From an uncultured Gemmatimonadales bacterium (GTDB taxonomy: Bacteria; Gemmatimonadota; Gemmatimonadetes; Gemmatimonadales; Gemmatimonadaceae), in the NCBI GenBank assembly GCA_963701965.1, contig OY969695.1, positions 4,000,001 through 4,064,000 on the forward strand: DNA of 64,000 nt, read 5' to 3'. Positions 37,703 through 47,887 of this stretch are shown piece after piece; the stretch's first letter is position 1; each line of letters starts with the position of its first letter. A program made the position numbers and the translations under genes. Below the pieces are notes generated by a model. That model was not told the origin of the DNA and searched no databases. It saw only the letters and a list, made by a program, of their open reading frames with translations.

Positions 37703-38691
37703 AGGTCATCATCCCGCTCGCCGGCAAAGGCACGCGCCTGCGCCCGCACACGCACGTGACGCCGAAGCCCATGCTCAAGGTCGCCGGGAAGCCGGTCATG
37801 TCGTACATCATGGACGACCTGGCGCGGTTGGGCGCGATCGATCAGGTGGTCTACATCACCGGGCATCTCAAGGACCGCGTCGAGGCGTACGCCAAGAAGC
37901 ACTACCAGTTCCCGGCGGTCTTCATCGAGCAGACGGTGCAGGACGGCACGGCGGGCGCCGTCGCCCTGGCCCGGCCGTATGTCGACCAGCCGGTCTTGAT
38001 CGTGTTCGTCGACACGATCTTCGACGCCGACCTGTCGGTGATCAACACGACGGGCGACGATGGCATCATCTGGACGAAAGAAGTCGAAGACTACCAGCGC
38101 TTCGGCGTCGTCGTCACCGATGCCAAAGGGCACATGACGCGGATCATTGAGAAGCCGTCGGAGCCGATCTCCAAGCGGGCCAACATCGGCCTCTACTACA
38201 TCAAGAACTGGAAGCTGTTGTACGAAGGGATCGATCACGTGCTCACGCAGCCGAAGAACAAAGGCGAGTACTATCTCACCGATGCGTTCCAGTACATGAT
38301 CGACCATGGCGCCAAGATCAAGGTCATCGACGTCGATGCCTGGTACGACGCGGGCAAGCTCGACACGCTACTGGAGACGAACCGCGCCATGCTGGAGCGC
38401 GGCCGGGCGCGGCGGCCCGCCGCGGGCCTCGACGGCTCGCGCATCGTGGAGCCGGTCTACATCGAGGACGGCGTGCGCATCGCCAACTCCACCGTCGGAC
38501 CCAACGTGTCCATCGGCGCCGGCACCGTGATTGACGGCTCGACCCTGACCGACACCATCGTCGGCGCCAAGGCGTCGATCTCGCAGTCCCACCTCGCTGG
38601 CTCCCTGGTCGGGGACGAAGCGGTGCTGACCGGCGTGCGCGGCACGGTCAGCGTCGGCGATCACACGGAGCTGAAACTCGGCGCGTCCTAG
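37699..38691 (+). CDS. Sugar-phosphate nucleotidyltransferase with left-handed beta-helix tail
   Basis: MKVIIPLAGKGTRLRPHT..PKPML, IIEKP, GEYYLTDA, WYDAG. Confidence 0.9.
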   Translation: MKVIIPLAGKGTRLRPHTHVTPKPMLKVAGKPVMSYIMDDLARLGAIDQVVYITGHLKDRVEAYAKKHYQFPAVFIEQTVQDGTAGAVALARPYVDQPVLIVFVDTIFDADLSVINTTGDDGIIWTKEVEDYQRFGVVVTDAKGHMTRIIEKPSEPISKRANIGLYYIKNWKLLYEGIDHVLTQPKNKGEYYLTDAFQYMIDHGAKIKVIDVDAWYDAGKLDTLLETNRAMLERGRARRPAAGLDGSRIVEPVYIEDGVRIANSTVGPNVSIGAGTVIDGSTLTDTIVGAKASISQSHLAGSLVGDEAVLTGVRGTVSVGDHTELKLGAS

Positions 38692-39875
38692 CCGAGGCCG
38701 GCCGCGGCGACGACGATCGTAAGGGCCCGGGCGAGGCCGAGGGTGCCGGATGTGTTGTCGAACCACTCGCTCGTCGTGTGCGCGTCGCCGCCGCGCCCAC
38801 CGGCGCCGATCGCGATGGCCGGCAGCCCGAGGCTGATCGGGACATTCGCGTCCGTGGACGCGGTCGCCAACTCGGGATCCCGGCCGACGAGCCGCGTCGC
38901 GTCCACGGCCGACATTACGAGGGGATGATCGGCGGCGACTTCGCCACAGGGGCGGTCGCCGATCACCTCGACGGCGCACACGAGCGGCGGTGACCCCGCG
39001 ACCCGCCGCGCGTTTTCCTCGACCTCGGCCGCCCGGACGCACGCTTTGATCTCGCGCTCGTAGCGGTCCAGCATCCGGACCGCGGTCGCCCGCAGGTCGA
39101 CCTCCAGCCACGCCTCGTCGGCGATCGCGTTCACCGCGATGCCTCCTCCGACGCGCCCCACGCTCAGCGTCGTCCGCGGCTCCCGCGGCACCACGACGGA
39201 CGCCAGCTTGGCGATCGCCGCCCCGGCCGCGTGGACGGGATTCACCACGCCAAACGCCGCCCAACTGTGGCCGCCCGGCCCACGAAACGTGATCCGATAC
39301 CGCCGCGACCCCAGCCCGCGGTGCACGATGCGCTCGTCCCCGGCCCCATCGAGCGCGATCGCCGCGGTGACATCCGCCCGCGCCGCGCCGAAGAACGCCT
39401 TCGCGCCCCGCAGGTCGCCCGTCCCCTCTTCCCCGGTCGTCGCCACGAAGTCGATCGGCCGCTGGGTCTTGAGCCGCCGGCCGTCGATTTCCTCCGCCAA
39501 CGCCAGCATGGCCGCCAGCCCGCGGCCGTTGTCGCCGATGCCCGGCCCCAGCAAGAGATCGCCGTCATGCCGGACCCGCACCGCCGTCCCCCGCGGGAAC
39601 ACCGTGTCGAGATGCGCGCAGACCGCGACCGACGGTCCCCCCGAGGCCCCCGCGCGCCGGCCGATGACGTTGCCCGCCGCATCGATGCGGACCTGCTCCA
39701 GGCCCAGCGCCGTAAAACGCCGCGAGATCCAGGCGGCGCGCCGCTGCTCCTCGCCGGTGGGCGCCGAGATCTCCGACACCGCGATCTGCGCCCGCACGAT
39801 GGCCGCGTCGCGCGCCGTCAGGCGGCGGCGCGACTCGGCGAGCGAGGCGTGCGTCTCGAGGGTGACGCCGGGCAT
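38688..39875 (-). CDS. M20/M25/M40 family metallo-hydrolase
   Basis: CAHLDTVFP, GPGIGDN, TTGEEG, GGHSW, STDAN, AHTTSEW. Confidence 0.88.
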   Translation of the reverse strand: MPGVTLETHASLAESRRRLTARDAAIVRAQIAVSEISAPTGEEQRRAAWISRRFTALGLEQVRIDAAGNVIGRRAGASGGPSVAVCAHLDTVFPRGTAVRVRHDGDLLLGPGIGDNGRGLAAMLALAEEIDGRRLKTQRPIDFVATTGEEGTGDLRGAKAFFGAARADVTAAIALDGAGDERIVHRGLGSRRYRITFRGPGGHSWAAFGVVNPVHAAGAAIAKLASVVVPREPRTTLSVGRVGGGIAVNAIADEAWLEVDLRATAVRMLDRYEREIKACVRAAEVEENARRVAGSPPLVCAVEVIGDRPCGEVAADHPLVMSAVDATRLVGRDPELATASTDANVPISLGLPAIAIGAGGRGGDAHTTSEWFDNTSGTLGLARALTIVVAAAGLG

Positions 39876-39953
39876 GAACAGGTAAATGTCAGTCCCGTCG
39901 CGATTTTGCAAGAGTGGCACCGGTGGCGGCTTTCCTGGCTACATTCGTCGGGT

Positions 39954-41204
39954 ATGGTCTACGATTGGAATATCGGCTGGGACACCACGGTGATCCACGT
40001 ACAGGACCAGACACTGCGCGACGGCGCGCAGGCTATCTCGGTCCGGCGCCCGTCGATCGAGGACCAGCGGACGCTGCTGCACCACGCCGCCGCGCTCGGA
40101 CTGCAGGCCGTCGAACTGGGGTTCCCGGCGACCGGCGCCCGCGCCGCGGCCGATGTGGCCGCGCTCGCTCGCGAGATCACCGACGCCCGGCTGCCCCTCG
40201 CCGCCACCTGCGCGGCCCGGACCCTGACCGCGGACATCGACCCGGTCACCGACGCCGCCCAGGCATCGGGGATCCCAATCGAAGTCGCGCTCTTTCTCGG
40301 CGCCTCGGGCCTCCGCCAGCGCGTCGAGGGTTGGACACTCGACGACATGCGCCGGCGCGCCGAGACGACGGTCGCGTACGCGGTGCGCGCCGGCCATCCC
40401 GTCATGTTCGTCACTGAAGACACGACACGCACCGCGCCCGAAACGTTGGTGGCGCTCTACGGCGCGGCCATCGCCGCCGGCGCGCGGCGGCTCTGTCTGG
40501 CCGACACCGTTGGGCACGCGACCCCGGCCGGTGTGCGGCACCTCGTGCGATTTGTCCGTGAGGAGATCGCGGCCCGCTCGACTGCGCCCATCGCGCTGGA
40601 CTGGCACGGACACCGCGACCGCGGCCTGGGGCTCGCCAACTGCCTGGCCGCGATCGAGGCCGGCGTCGACCGCGTCCATGCCACGGCGCTCGGGCTGGGA
40701 GAGCGCGCCGGCAACGTCGAGATGGAGCCGCTCCTGGTCAACCTGCGACTCCTGGGCGCATGGCCGACGTCCCTGGAGACGCTACCGCGCTACGCCCATC
40801 ACGCGGCGCGCGCGTTTGGCGTGGAGATTCCGGCGAGCTACCCGGTCGTGGGCGCCGACGCCTTCACCACGGGCGCGGGCGTGCACGCCGCCGCGATCGT
40901 GAAAGCCCGCGCCATGGGCGACGCGACCCTCGTCGATCGACTGTACTCCGGCGTGCCCGCCAGCGACGTAGGCCGCGTCCAGACGGTGCGGATCACGCCC
41001 CAGTCGGGAATGTCCACGGTGCGGTGGTGGCTGGAGGCCCAGGGCTTTTCGTCCGACGATCGCCTGGCCGCGCACATTCTGGCCGCGGCCAAGGGCGCGG
41101 ATCGGGCGCTCGACGATGCGGAGATCGTCGGATTGCGCGCCGCCTATCTCAGCAGCAGCGCCCGCCCGGACGCTCGTATCGCGCGCTCAACCGCTCGCGC
41201 ATGA
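39954..41204 (+). CDS. DRE-TIM metallolyase (2-isopropylmalate/homocitrate synthase-like, no regulatory domain)
   Basis: DQTLRDGAQ, EDTTR, CLADTVG, HGHRDRGLG, GLGERAGN, GVHAAAI. Confidence 0.82.
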   Translation: MVYDWNIGWDTTVIHVQDQTLRDGAQAISVRRPSIEDQRTLLHHAAALGLQAVELGFPATGARAAADVAALAREITDARLPLAATCAARTLTADIDPVTDAAQASGIPIEVALFLGASGLRQRVEGWTLDDMRRRAETTVAYAVRAGHPVMFVTEDTTRTAPETLVALYGAAIAAGARRLCLADTVGHATPAGVRHLVRFVREEIAARSTAPIALDWHGHRDRGLGLANCLAAIEAGVDRVHATALGLGERAGNVEMEPLLVNLRLLGAWPTSLETLPRYAHHAARAFGVEIPASYPVVGADAFTTGAGVHAAAIVKARAMGDATLVDRLYSGVPASDVGRVQTVRITPQSGMSTVRWWLEAQGFSSDDRLAAHILAAAKGADRALDDAEIVGLRAAYLSSSARPDARIARSTARA

Positions 41205-41319
41205 AGTCGTTGCGGGACAACACGGGCTCGGTCGCGTGGCGCGCGCGGTGGTGCGCCACGTAGCGATCGTAGTCGGGAGCGCCGAGCAGTGCGCGGAAGA
41301 GCGCCCGGAGAAACGTCAT
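41149..41319 (-). CDS. YbdD/YjiX family small protein (CstA partner)
   Basis: GAPDYDRYVAHH..EPVLSRNDF..RCC; translationally coupled to cstA. Confidence 0.85.
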   Translation of the reverse strand: MTFLRALFRALLGAPDYDRYVAHHRARHATEPVLSRNDFMRERLSARYERPGGRCC

Positions 41320-43304
41320 GACTCGAGTGATGCGGTGGTCAACGCGCCGGTCGGCTGCAACATGCGAAGCCACTCCCGCGCCGACTCGATGAGGATCACG
41401 AGCACGCACACGAGAAAGAATCCCGCGACCGCGGCATTGAGCCGGTCATTGAACGCGAGCCGGCCGCTCACCAGCCTCGCATGCGCCAGGAACCCGATCT
41501 TGGGATCGCTGGAGAAGATCTTGAGTACGCCGGCGGTGCCGGTGATCGTCACCAACCAGACGAGCGGCACGAACGTCACCAGCGCATACCGGGGCTGGCC
41601 CAGTCTCAGGATGACCGTAGTCCCGACGGAGAGGGCGATCGCGGCGAGAAGTTGATTGGCGATGCCGAACATCGGCCACAGCGAATTGATGCCGCCCAGG
41701 GGATCGGTGACGCCCTGATAGAGGAAGATGCCCCAGGCCGCGACGAAGAGCGCGCTGCACAGGATGACGGCCGGATACCAGCTGACGCGACCCAGGGGCC
41801 GCCAGACCCGCGACAGCATGTCTTGGAGAATGAAGCGACCGACGCGCGTGCCCGCGTCCAGCGTCGTCAGGATGAACAACGCCTCGAACATGATGGCGAA
41901 GTGGTACCACAGGGCCAGCGCCCCGCCGCCGCTCAAGAGCCCCGAGAAGATCTTCGCCATGCCCACCGCGAGGCTGGGCGCGCCGCCGGTGCGCGACAGC
42001 AGCGATGTCTCCCCGACCTGTTGGGCCAGCGTGGAGATGTCGGCGGCCGAGAGCTGAAACCCCCAGCTCGAGATCGTCTGCGCCGCGCTCGCGACGGTCG
42101 TCCCGATGGCGCTCGCCGGCGCGTTGATCGCGAAATAGACGCCGGGCGTGAGCGCGCACGCCGCGATCAGGGCCAGGACGGCCACCAGCGACTCGGTGAG
42201 CATCGCGCCGTAGCCGATGGGACGCGCATCGGGCTCGCGCTCCAGCATCTTCGGCGTGGTGCCGGAAGAGATCAGCGCATGAAACCCCGACACCGCGCCG
42301 CAGGCGATCGTGATGAACACGAACGGAAAGAGCGGACCGGCGAACACCGGACCGGTCCCGTCAATGAATCGGGTCGTGGCCGGCATCTGGAGCGGCGGCA
42401 CCAGAATCACGATCCCCAATGCCAGCGCCACGACGACCCCGATCTTGACGAAGGCCGACAGGTAGTCGCGCGGGGCCAGCAGGAGCCACACCGGCAACAC
42501 CGACGCCAGAAACGCGTACCCCATCAGCCACCAGGCCAGCGACAGCGGTCGCAGCGTGAACGCCGCGGCCAGGGCCGGGTCGGCGGCCACCCACCGGCCG
42601 GCGAACAACGCACCGACGAGCAGGGCGATCCCGATCGCCGTCGCTTCCAGGACCCGGTGCGGTCGGATCCATCGCAGGTAGCCGCCGAGCAGAAGCGCGA
42701 TGGGAATCGTGAGGGCCAGCGTCACCGTGCCCCAGGGGCTGGCCTTGAGGGCGTTGACCACGACCAACCCCAGCACCGCGATCAGAATGACCATGATCCC
42801 CAGGATCGCGACCAGCGCGGTCGTGCCGGCGACGGGCCCGATCTCGTCGCGGGCCATCGCGCCGAGCGACTTGCCGTCGCGGCGCAGCGACGCGCAGAGG
42901 ATCACGAAGTCCTGGACGGCGCCGCCCAACACCGCGCCCACGAGGATCCAGATCGTGCCGGGCAGAAAGCCGAACTGGGCGGCCAGCGTCGGCCCGACGA
43001 GGGGTCCGGGTCCCGCGATGGCCGCGAAGTGATGGCCGAAGACGATGTAGCGGTTCGTGGGGACGTAGTCACGGCCATCCTCGAAGCGCACGGCCGGTGT
43101 CGGGCGCGTGGCGTCGAGTCGGAAGACGCGCCGCGCAATGAAACCGCTATAGAAACGATATCCGAGGATGTACGTCGCGACGGCGGCGATCAATAGCCAG
43201 GCCGCGCTGACACTTTCCCCGCGCGACAGGGCGAGGACGGCGAATGCCCCGGCCCCGGCGGCCGCGAGACTGGCCCACAACAGGGCGCGCGTGACCTTCG
43301 CCAT
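41316..43304 (-). CDS. cstA: Carbon starvation CstA family transporter
   Basis: GHHFAAIAGPGPLVGP, LPVWLLLAPRDYLS, ITIACGAVSGFH, LTTLDAGTRVGRF, WPMFGIANQLLA. Confidence 0.95.
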   Translation of the reverse strand: MAKVTRALLWASLAAAGAGAFAVLALSRGESVSAAWLLIAAVATYILGYRFYSGFIARRVFRLDATRPTPAVRFEDGRDYVPTNRYIVFGHHFAAIAGPGPLVGPTLAAQFGFLPGTIWILVGAVLGGAVQDFVILCASLRRDGKSLGAMARDEIGPVAGTTALVAILGIMVILIAVLGLVVVNALKASPWGTVTLALTIPIALLLGGYLRWIRPHRVLEATAIGIALLVGALFAGRWVAADPALAAAFTLRPLSLAWWLMGYAFLASVLPVWLLLAPRDYLSAFVKIGVVVALALGIVILVPPLQMPATTRFIDGTGPVFAGPLFPFVFITIACGAVSGFHALISSGTTPKMLEREPDARPIGYGAMLTESLVAVLALIAACALTPGVYFAINAPASAIGTTVASAAQTISSWGFQLSAADISTLAQQVGETSLLSRTGGAPSLAVGMAKIFSGLLSGGGALALWYHFAIMFEALFILTTLDAGTRVGRFILQDMLSRVWRPLGRVSWYPAVILCSALFVAAWGIFLYQGVTDPLGGINSLWPMFGIANQLLAAIALSVGTTVILRLGQPRYALVTFVPLVWLVTITGTAGVLKIFSSDPKIGFLAHARLVSGRLAFNDRLNAAVAGFFLVCVLVILIESAREWLRMLQPTGALTTASLES

Positions 43305-43359
43305 CGCGAAATAGTATTAGTTTACGCGCGACGATGGCATACCCCTGCATCCCGTATCC

Positions 43360-44043
43360 GTGAAACGATTGATCCTGCTCGTTGGCCTCGCCGGCGTGAT
43401 CGCGTGTGGTGGGGCGCTCCCCGGCCTCACCTCGACGGCCCTCACGCCCGTCCCCGGGCGCGCCCTCTCGGGAACAGAAGGTCAATCGCTCGTCCTCACG
43501 CCGGTGATGGCGGTGCGGCGCGCGGATCCGCTGGGATGGGCGCAAGCGTTGGACCGGCCCCGCGACTACATGCGGCATACGGACACGCTGCTGGAGACGC
43601 AGCTGAGCCAGCGGGCGACGCACACGCAGTGGGTGTTTCCGGAGATGCTCGAACGCGAGCGCCAGCGGAACCCGGGCTACATGTCCGACCCCTATTCGTT
43701 GTCCGGCGCGCAGCTGTTGCCAGGGGTCTATCGGATCGGCGAACCGCTCCAGGAACCGCTCGCCGGCGAGCTCCGGTCGCTGATCTCGTTTCAGGAAAAC
43801 GCGCGGTACGTGTTGATCCCCGTCGAGATCCATTTCATATCGGTACAGGTCCCGGCCGCCAAGCCGGGGGATCCGCCGGTGACGCTGCCGCACGTCGGTC
43901 GCGGCGTCTTGCGGATGGCGCTCTACGACGCCCGGGCGACCATGGTCTTGTGGCAAGGGGACGTGATCGGCGACACGGTCTCCTCGCCCACCGGGGCCAT
44001 GGAGAGTGTGGCCCGGCGCCTCGGCGACATCCTCGGCTCCTAA
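43360..44043 (+). CDS. Hypothetical lipoprotein
   Basis: KRLILLVGLAGVIA|C lipobox-like signal; GTG start. Confidence 0.7.
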   Translation: MKRLILLVGLAGVIACGGALPGLTSTALTPVPGRALSGTEGQSLVLTPVMAVRRADPLGWAQALDRPRDYMRHTDTLLETQLSQRATHTQWVFPEMLERERQRNPGYMSDPYSLSGAQLLPGVYRIGEPLQEPLAGELRSLISFQENARYVLIPVEIHFISVQVPAAKPGDPPVTLPHVGRGVLRMALYDARATMVLWQGDVIGDTVSSPTGAMESVARRLGDILGS

Positions 44044-44054
44044 CTCAGACCGCC

Positions 44055-45086
44055 GTGCCCGTACCTGTCACACTGATTCCGGGCGACGGCATCGGCCCGG
44101 GCATCACGCAGGCGACCGTCCGGATCCTCGACGCGGCCGGTGCCGATATCGCGTGGGAGACCCACCTCGCCGGCCTCGCCGGCGTCATGCAGCATCACGA
44201 TCCGATGCCGCAATCGACGCTGGACTCGATCTCCCGCACGGGCATCGCGCTCAAAGGACCGCTGGAGACGCCGGTCGGCGAAGGGTTCCGGTCCGTCAAC
44301 GTCGCGCTGCGCACGACGTTCGATCTCTACGCCAACGTCCGCCCCGCCCACGTGATCCGCCAGGGCGGACGGTACGACAAGGTCGATATCGTGCTGGTGC
44401 GCGAGAACACCGAAGGCTTGTACGTCGGGGTCGAACATTACATCCGGATCGGCGACGACCCGAAAGCGGCGGCCGAATCGGTCGCCATCATCACGCGCCA
44501 GGGGTCGGAGCGGGTCATCCGGTTCGCGTTCGAGTACGCGGTGCAACACCGGCGGCAAAAAGTGACGCTGGTGCACAAGGCCAACATCCTCAAGTTCTCG
44601 CAGGGGTTGTTCCTGGAGGTCGGCAAGCGGATCGCCAGCGAATACGCGCCCAGGGGAATCGCGTTCGGCGAGAAGATCATCGACGCCATGGCCATGGACC
44701 TGGTGCTGCGGCCCGAGGCCTACGATGTCATCGTGACGACGAACATGTTCGGCGACATTCTCTCCGACGAGATCTCCGGGCTGGTGGGCGGCTTGGGGCT
44801 CGCGCCCGGGGCCAATATCGGATCGCGGGCGGCGATCTTCGAGGCGGTACACGGGACCGCGCCCGACTTGGCGGGGAAGGGCGTGGCCAACCCGAGCGCG
44901 CTCACGTTCGCGGCCTGCATGATGCTGGACCACCTGGGAGACAACGCGCGCGCCGACCGGATCCGCAATGCGGTGGAGTCGACGATCCGCGACGGCTCGG
45001 TCCTCACGCACGATTTGGGCGGCACGGCGACGACCGATCAGTTCACCGATGCGGTGATCACGCGACTGCCGCACGCTTCACGGTAA
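44055..45086 (+). CDS. Isocitrate/isopropylmalate dehydrogenase family protein (NAD-IDH-like)
   Basis: VTLIPGDGIGP, SVNVALR, RENTEGLY, VHKANILK, NMFGDILSD, FEAVHGTAPD. Confidence 0.9.
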   Translation: MPVPVTLIPGDGIGPGITQATVRILDAAGADIAWETHLAGLAGVMQHHDPMPQSTLDSISRTGIALKGPLETPVGEGFRSVNVALRTTFDLYANVRPAHVIRQGGRYDKVDIVLVRENTEGLYVGVEHYIRIGDDPKAAAESVAIITRQGSERVIRFAFEYAVQHRRQKVTLVHKANILKFSQGLFLEVGKRIASEYAPRGIAFGEKIIDAMAMDLVLRPEAYDVIVTTNMFGDILSDEISGLVGGLGLAPGANIGSRAAIFEAVHGTAPDLAGKGVANPSALTFAACMMLDHLGDNARADRIRNAVESTIRDGSVLTHDLGGTATTDQFTDAVITRLPHASR

Positions 45087-45092
45087 CGACGC

Positions 45093-45911
45093 GTGCCGCG
45101 GATCCTGCACGTGTCGGACCTGCACTTCGGATGGCCGGCCGCGCTGGCGGTGATCGACGCGCTCGACGCGCGGATCGCGGAGGAGCGGTACAATGTGGTC
45201 GCCATCTCCGGCGACCTGTCGCAGCGGTCCAAGGCCGGAGAGTTCCAGCGGGCGCTGGTCTTCCTGCGGAGCGCGGCGCGAACGAGCCCGACGATCACGG
45301 TGCCGGGGAACCACGACGTCGCATGGTGGTTTGCGCCGCTGGGCATGGGCGCGCCGCGGCGCCTGTACGCGAACTATCAGCGCTGGATCGCGCCGACGCT
45401 GGAGCCGGTGCTGCGCGTGCCGGGCATGACGCTGGTCGGCCTCAACACGGCGCACGGTGTGGCCTGGGACACGCTGACGCTCAATCCGCGCGACACGTCG
45501 ATCGTGGGTTCGCTGCGCGCGTCGCAGATCGACCGGGCGCGCGCGCAATTCTCCGCGTCGCCAACGAGCGATGCCCGGATCATCGTGATGCACCACAACC
45601 CCACGCGCGGCGCGCTCTCGGACCGCTGGGGCATGACGCGGGCGCCCCAGGCGCTGCGCGGGCTGGCGGGCGCGGGCGTCGAGTTGATTCTGTGCGGCCA
45701 CGACCACCAGGAGGCGATCGAGACGGCGGAGGGCATCGTCATCGCGGTGGCGGGCACGGTCTCCACGCGAATGCGCGGGCACCGGCCGCCCTCGTTCAAC
45801 GTGTGCACGGTGACGGATGAGTCGATCGCGGTGGCCACGCAGGTGTGGGATGGCCATTCGGGATTCGTCCCGGGAGTGAACCGGTGCTTCGCCCGGCGGC
45901 CGAGCAACTGA
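45093..45911 (+). CDS. Calcineurin-like metallophosphoesterase
   Basis: HVSDLHFG, SGDLS, VPGNHD, MHHNP, CGHDH. Confidence 0.88.
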   Translation: MPRILHVSDLHFGWPAALAVIDALDARIAEERYNVVAISGDLSQRSKAGEFQRALVFLRSAARTSPTITVPGNHDVAWWFAPLGMGAPRRLYANYQRWIAPTLEPVLRVPGMTLVGLNTAHGVAWDTLTLNPRDTSIVGSLRASQIDRARAQFSASPTSDARIIVMHHNPTRGALSDRWGMTRAPQALRGLAGAGVELILCGHDHQEAIETAEGIVIAVAGTVSTRMRGHRPPSFNVCTVTDESIAVATQVWDGHSGFVPGVNRCFARRPSN

Positions 45912-46570
45912 CGCTCGATCTCGATCCGGCGCCGCGCGACGCCGGGGAGATGCTGGGGCGATTGACGGCGCTCGGCATGCGCGGCGTGTCGGTGCTCCGG
46001 CTCACCCGCAATCGCACGGTCATGGTGAGCGTGCGCCAGGGCGTGGTCCGGCTGCACCGGGGCTTCCTCGGCGCGCCGGCCGAGGTGCTGCGCGCCGTGG
46101 CCGCGTTCGTCAGCGGCCCCTCGCGCGCGGAACGTCTGGCGGCGCGGCGGCAACTCCTTGCCTATCCGATCCCGCGCGCCGCGGGTGACACGTCATCCCG
46201 GGCGCGACGTCGTGAGCCGCGGCATCCGGCGGACGCGCCGGCCGAACAGCGTCTCATCGCCGCGCACGGCGCGTTCAACGCCGAGCGATTTGGCGGCACG
46301 CTCGAGCCCATCCCCATTCGAATCTCGCGCCGGCTGCGCCGGCGGCTGGGCTATTATCGGTTGGCAGCCGTTGGCGAGACCCCTGAGATTGTCATCAGCC
46401 GGCGGCATCTGCGCCGCCACGGATGGGCCGAGGTCCTGGCCACGTTGCTTCACGAGATGGTGCACCAGTGGCAGGACGAAACCGGCGCGCCTGTGGATCA
46501 CGGCCGCGCGTTTCGCGCCAAAGCGCGCGCCGTTGGCGTCATGCCGGCCGCACGCCGACCGGTCGCCTGA
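45884..46570 (+). CDS. SprT-like zinc metalloprotease domain protein (start uncertain)
   Basis: FNAERFGG, TLLHEMVHQW, DHGRAFRAKA. Confidence 0.8.
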   Translation: MLRPAAEQLTLDLDPAPRDAGEMLGRLTALGMRGVSVLRLTRNRTVMVSVRQGVVRLHRGFLGAPAEVLRAVAAFVSGPSRAERLAARRQLLAYPIPRAAGDTSSRARRREPRHPADAPAEQRLIAAHGAFNAERFGGTLEPIPIRISRRLRRRLGYYRLAAVGETPEIVISRRHLRRHGWAEVLATLLHEMVHQWQDETGAPVDHGRAFRAKARAVGVMPAARRPVA

Positions 46571-46610
46571 CCAAACGCGCCAGTATTGGGTCTAGCGACC
46601 CGTGGCGAGT

Positions 46611-46639
46611 AGGGCCGCAGGCGAACAGCCTGCGGCCTT
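46611..46639 (+). terminator. GC-rich hairpin after the SprT-like gene
   Basis: AGGGCCGCAGGC-GAACA-GCCTGCGGCCTT. Confidence 0.55.
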
Positions 46640-46649
46640 CAAACCAATT

Positions 46650-46724
46650 GATCCATAGGATCCAAAAACCATAGTCGACTGGATCGCGTAAGCGATCCTC
46701 GACTATGTTTTGGGTCTATGGATC
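46650..46724. repeat. 75-nt imperfect palindrome overlapping the acyl-CoA dehydrogenase start codon
   Basis: Four stacked stems (9+8+9+7 bp) capped by a GTAA loop; the 3' arm contains ATG 46718. Confidence 0.85.
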
Positions 46725-47887
46725 GCGATTTCTATAACGTTGACGGGTCGCTCACTGAAGAGGAGCGCGCGGTACGCGACAGCGTGCGGCGGTTCGTCGA
46801 CGAGCGGGTTTTGCCGATCATCGGCCACTGCTACGTCGAGGGCCGGTTCCCCAAGGAGATCGTTCCGGAGATGGGCGCGCTCGGCCTGTTCGGCGCCAAC
46901 CTCCCCGAGGAATACGGCTGCGCCGGGCTCAACAACGTCGCCTACGGCCTGATCATGCAGGAGCTCGAGCGCGGTGACTCGGGCGTACGCTCGTTCGCCT
47001 CCGTGCAGGGCGCGCTCGTGATGTATCCGATTTACGCGTTCGGCAGTGAGGAGCAGAAACGCCACTATCTGCCCAAGATGGCTACGGGCGAGATCATCGG
47101 CTGTTTCGGCCTGACCGAGCCCGATTTCGGGTCCAACCCCGCCGGAATGATCACCACCGCACGCGAGCAGGGTGACGGCAGCTTCGTCCTCAACGGCGCG
47201 AAGATGTGGATCACGAACGGCTCGACCGCGCACGTCGCCATCATCTGGGCCAAGACCGGCGCCGACGAGCGCTCGATCCGTGGATTTCTCGTCCCGACGG
47301 ACACGAAAGGCTTCACGGCCAAAGACCAAAAGGGCAAGCTGTCGCTCCGCGCCTCCGACACCAGCGAGCTGGTGCTGCAGGACGTATGCATTCCCAAGAG
47401 CAACGTCCTGCCGGGCTCGGGCGGCCTCAAGAGTCCGCTCATGTGCTTGACGCAAGCCCGCTACGGGATCAGCTGGGGCGCGTTGGGCGCGGCGATGGCG
47501 TGCTTCGAGGAAGCCGCGTCGTACGCCACGCAGCGCGTGATGTTCGACAAGCCCATTGGCGGATTTCAGCTCCAGCAGCTGCGGTTGGCCGAGATGCTGA
47601 CCGAGATCGTGAAAGCGCAGTTACTGGTCCTGCACTTGGGACGCCTCAAGGACGCGGGCACCTTCACGCCCCAACAGGTGTCGCTCGCCAAGCGCAACAA
47701 CGTCGACATGGCGACCAACATCGCGCGCGAGGCGCGGCGCTTGTTGGGCGCCAACGGCATCCTTGCCGAGTACTCCGCGATGCGCCACATGGAAAATCTG
47801 GAGAGCGTGTATACGTACGAAGGCACGCACAATGTGCACACGCTGATCCTCGGACAGGCCATCACGGGACTCAACGCATTCCAATGA
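46718..47887 (+). CDS. Acyl-CoA dehydrogenase (glutaryl-CoA dehydrogenase-like)
   Basis: ELERGDSGVRSFASVQ, CFGLTEPDFGS, GAKMWITN, LESVYTYEGTH. Confidence 0.92.
   Translation: MDRDFYNVDGSLTEEERAVRDSVRRFVDERVLPIIGHCYVEGRFPKEIVPEMGALGLFGANLPEEYGCAGLNNVAYGLIMQELERGDSGVRSFASVQGALVMYPIYAFGSEEQKRHYLPKMATGEIIGCFGLTEPDFGSNPAGMITTAREQGDGSFVLNGAKMWITNGSTAHVAIIWAKTGADERSIRGFLVPTDTKGFTAKDQKGKLSLRASDTSELVLQDVCIPKSNVLPGSGGLKSPLMCLTQARYGISWGALGAAMACFEEAASYATQRVMFDKPIGGFQLQQLRLAEMLTEIVKAQLLVLHLGRLKDAGTFTPQQVSLAKRNNVDMATNIAREARRLLGANGILAEYSAMRHMENLESVYTYEGTHNVHTLILGQAITGLNAFQ

Noticed and set aside
41149..41160. Selenocysteine read-through in the YbdD/YjiX protein (ends in TGA)
   Set aside because: The terminal RCC motif is already complete before TGA, so there is no reason to invoke Sec.
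39954..45086. LeuA-like synthase plus IDH/IPMDH-family gene as a homocitrate or leucine pathway cluster
   Set aside because: The genes are separated by cstA, no aconitase or isomerase is nearby, and specificity cannot be read from the sequence by eye.
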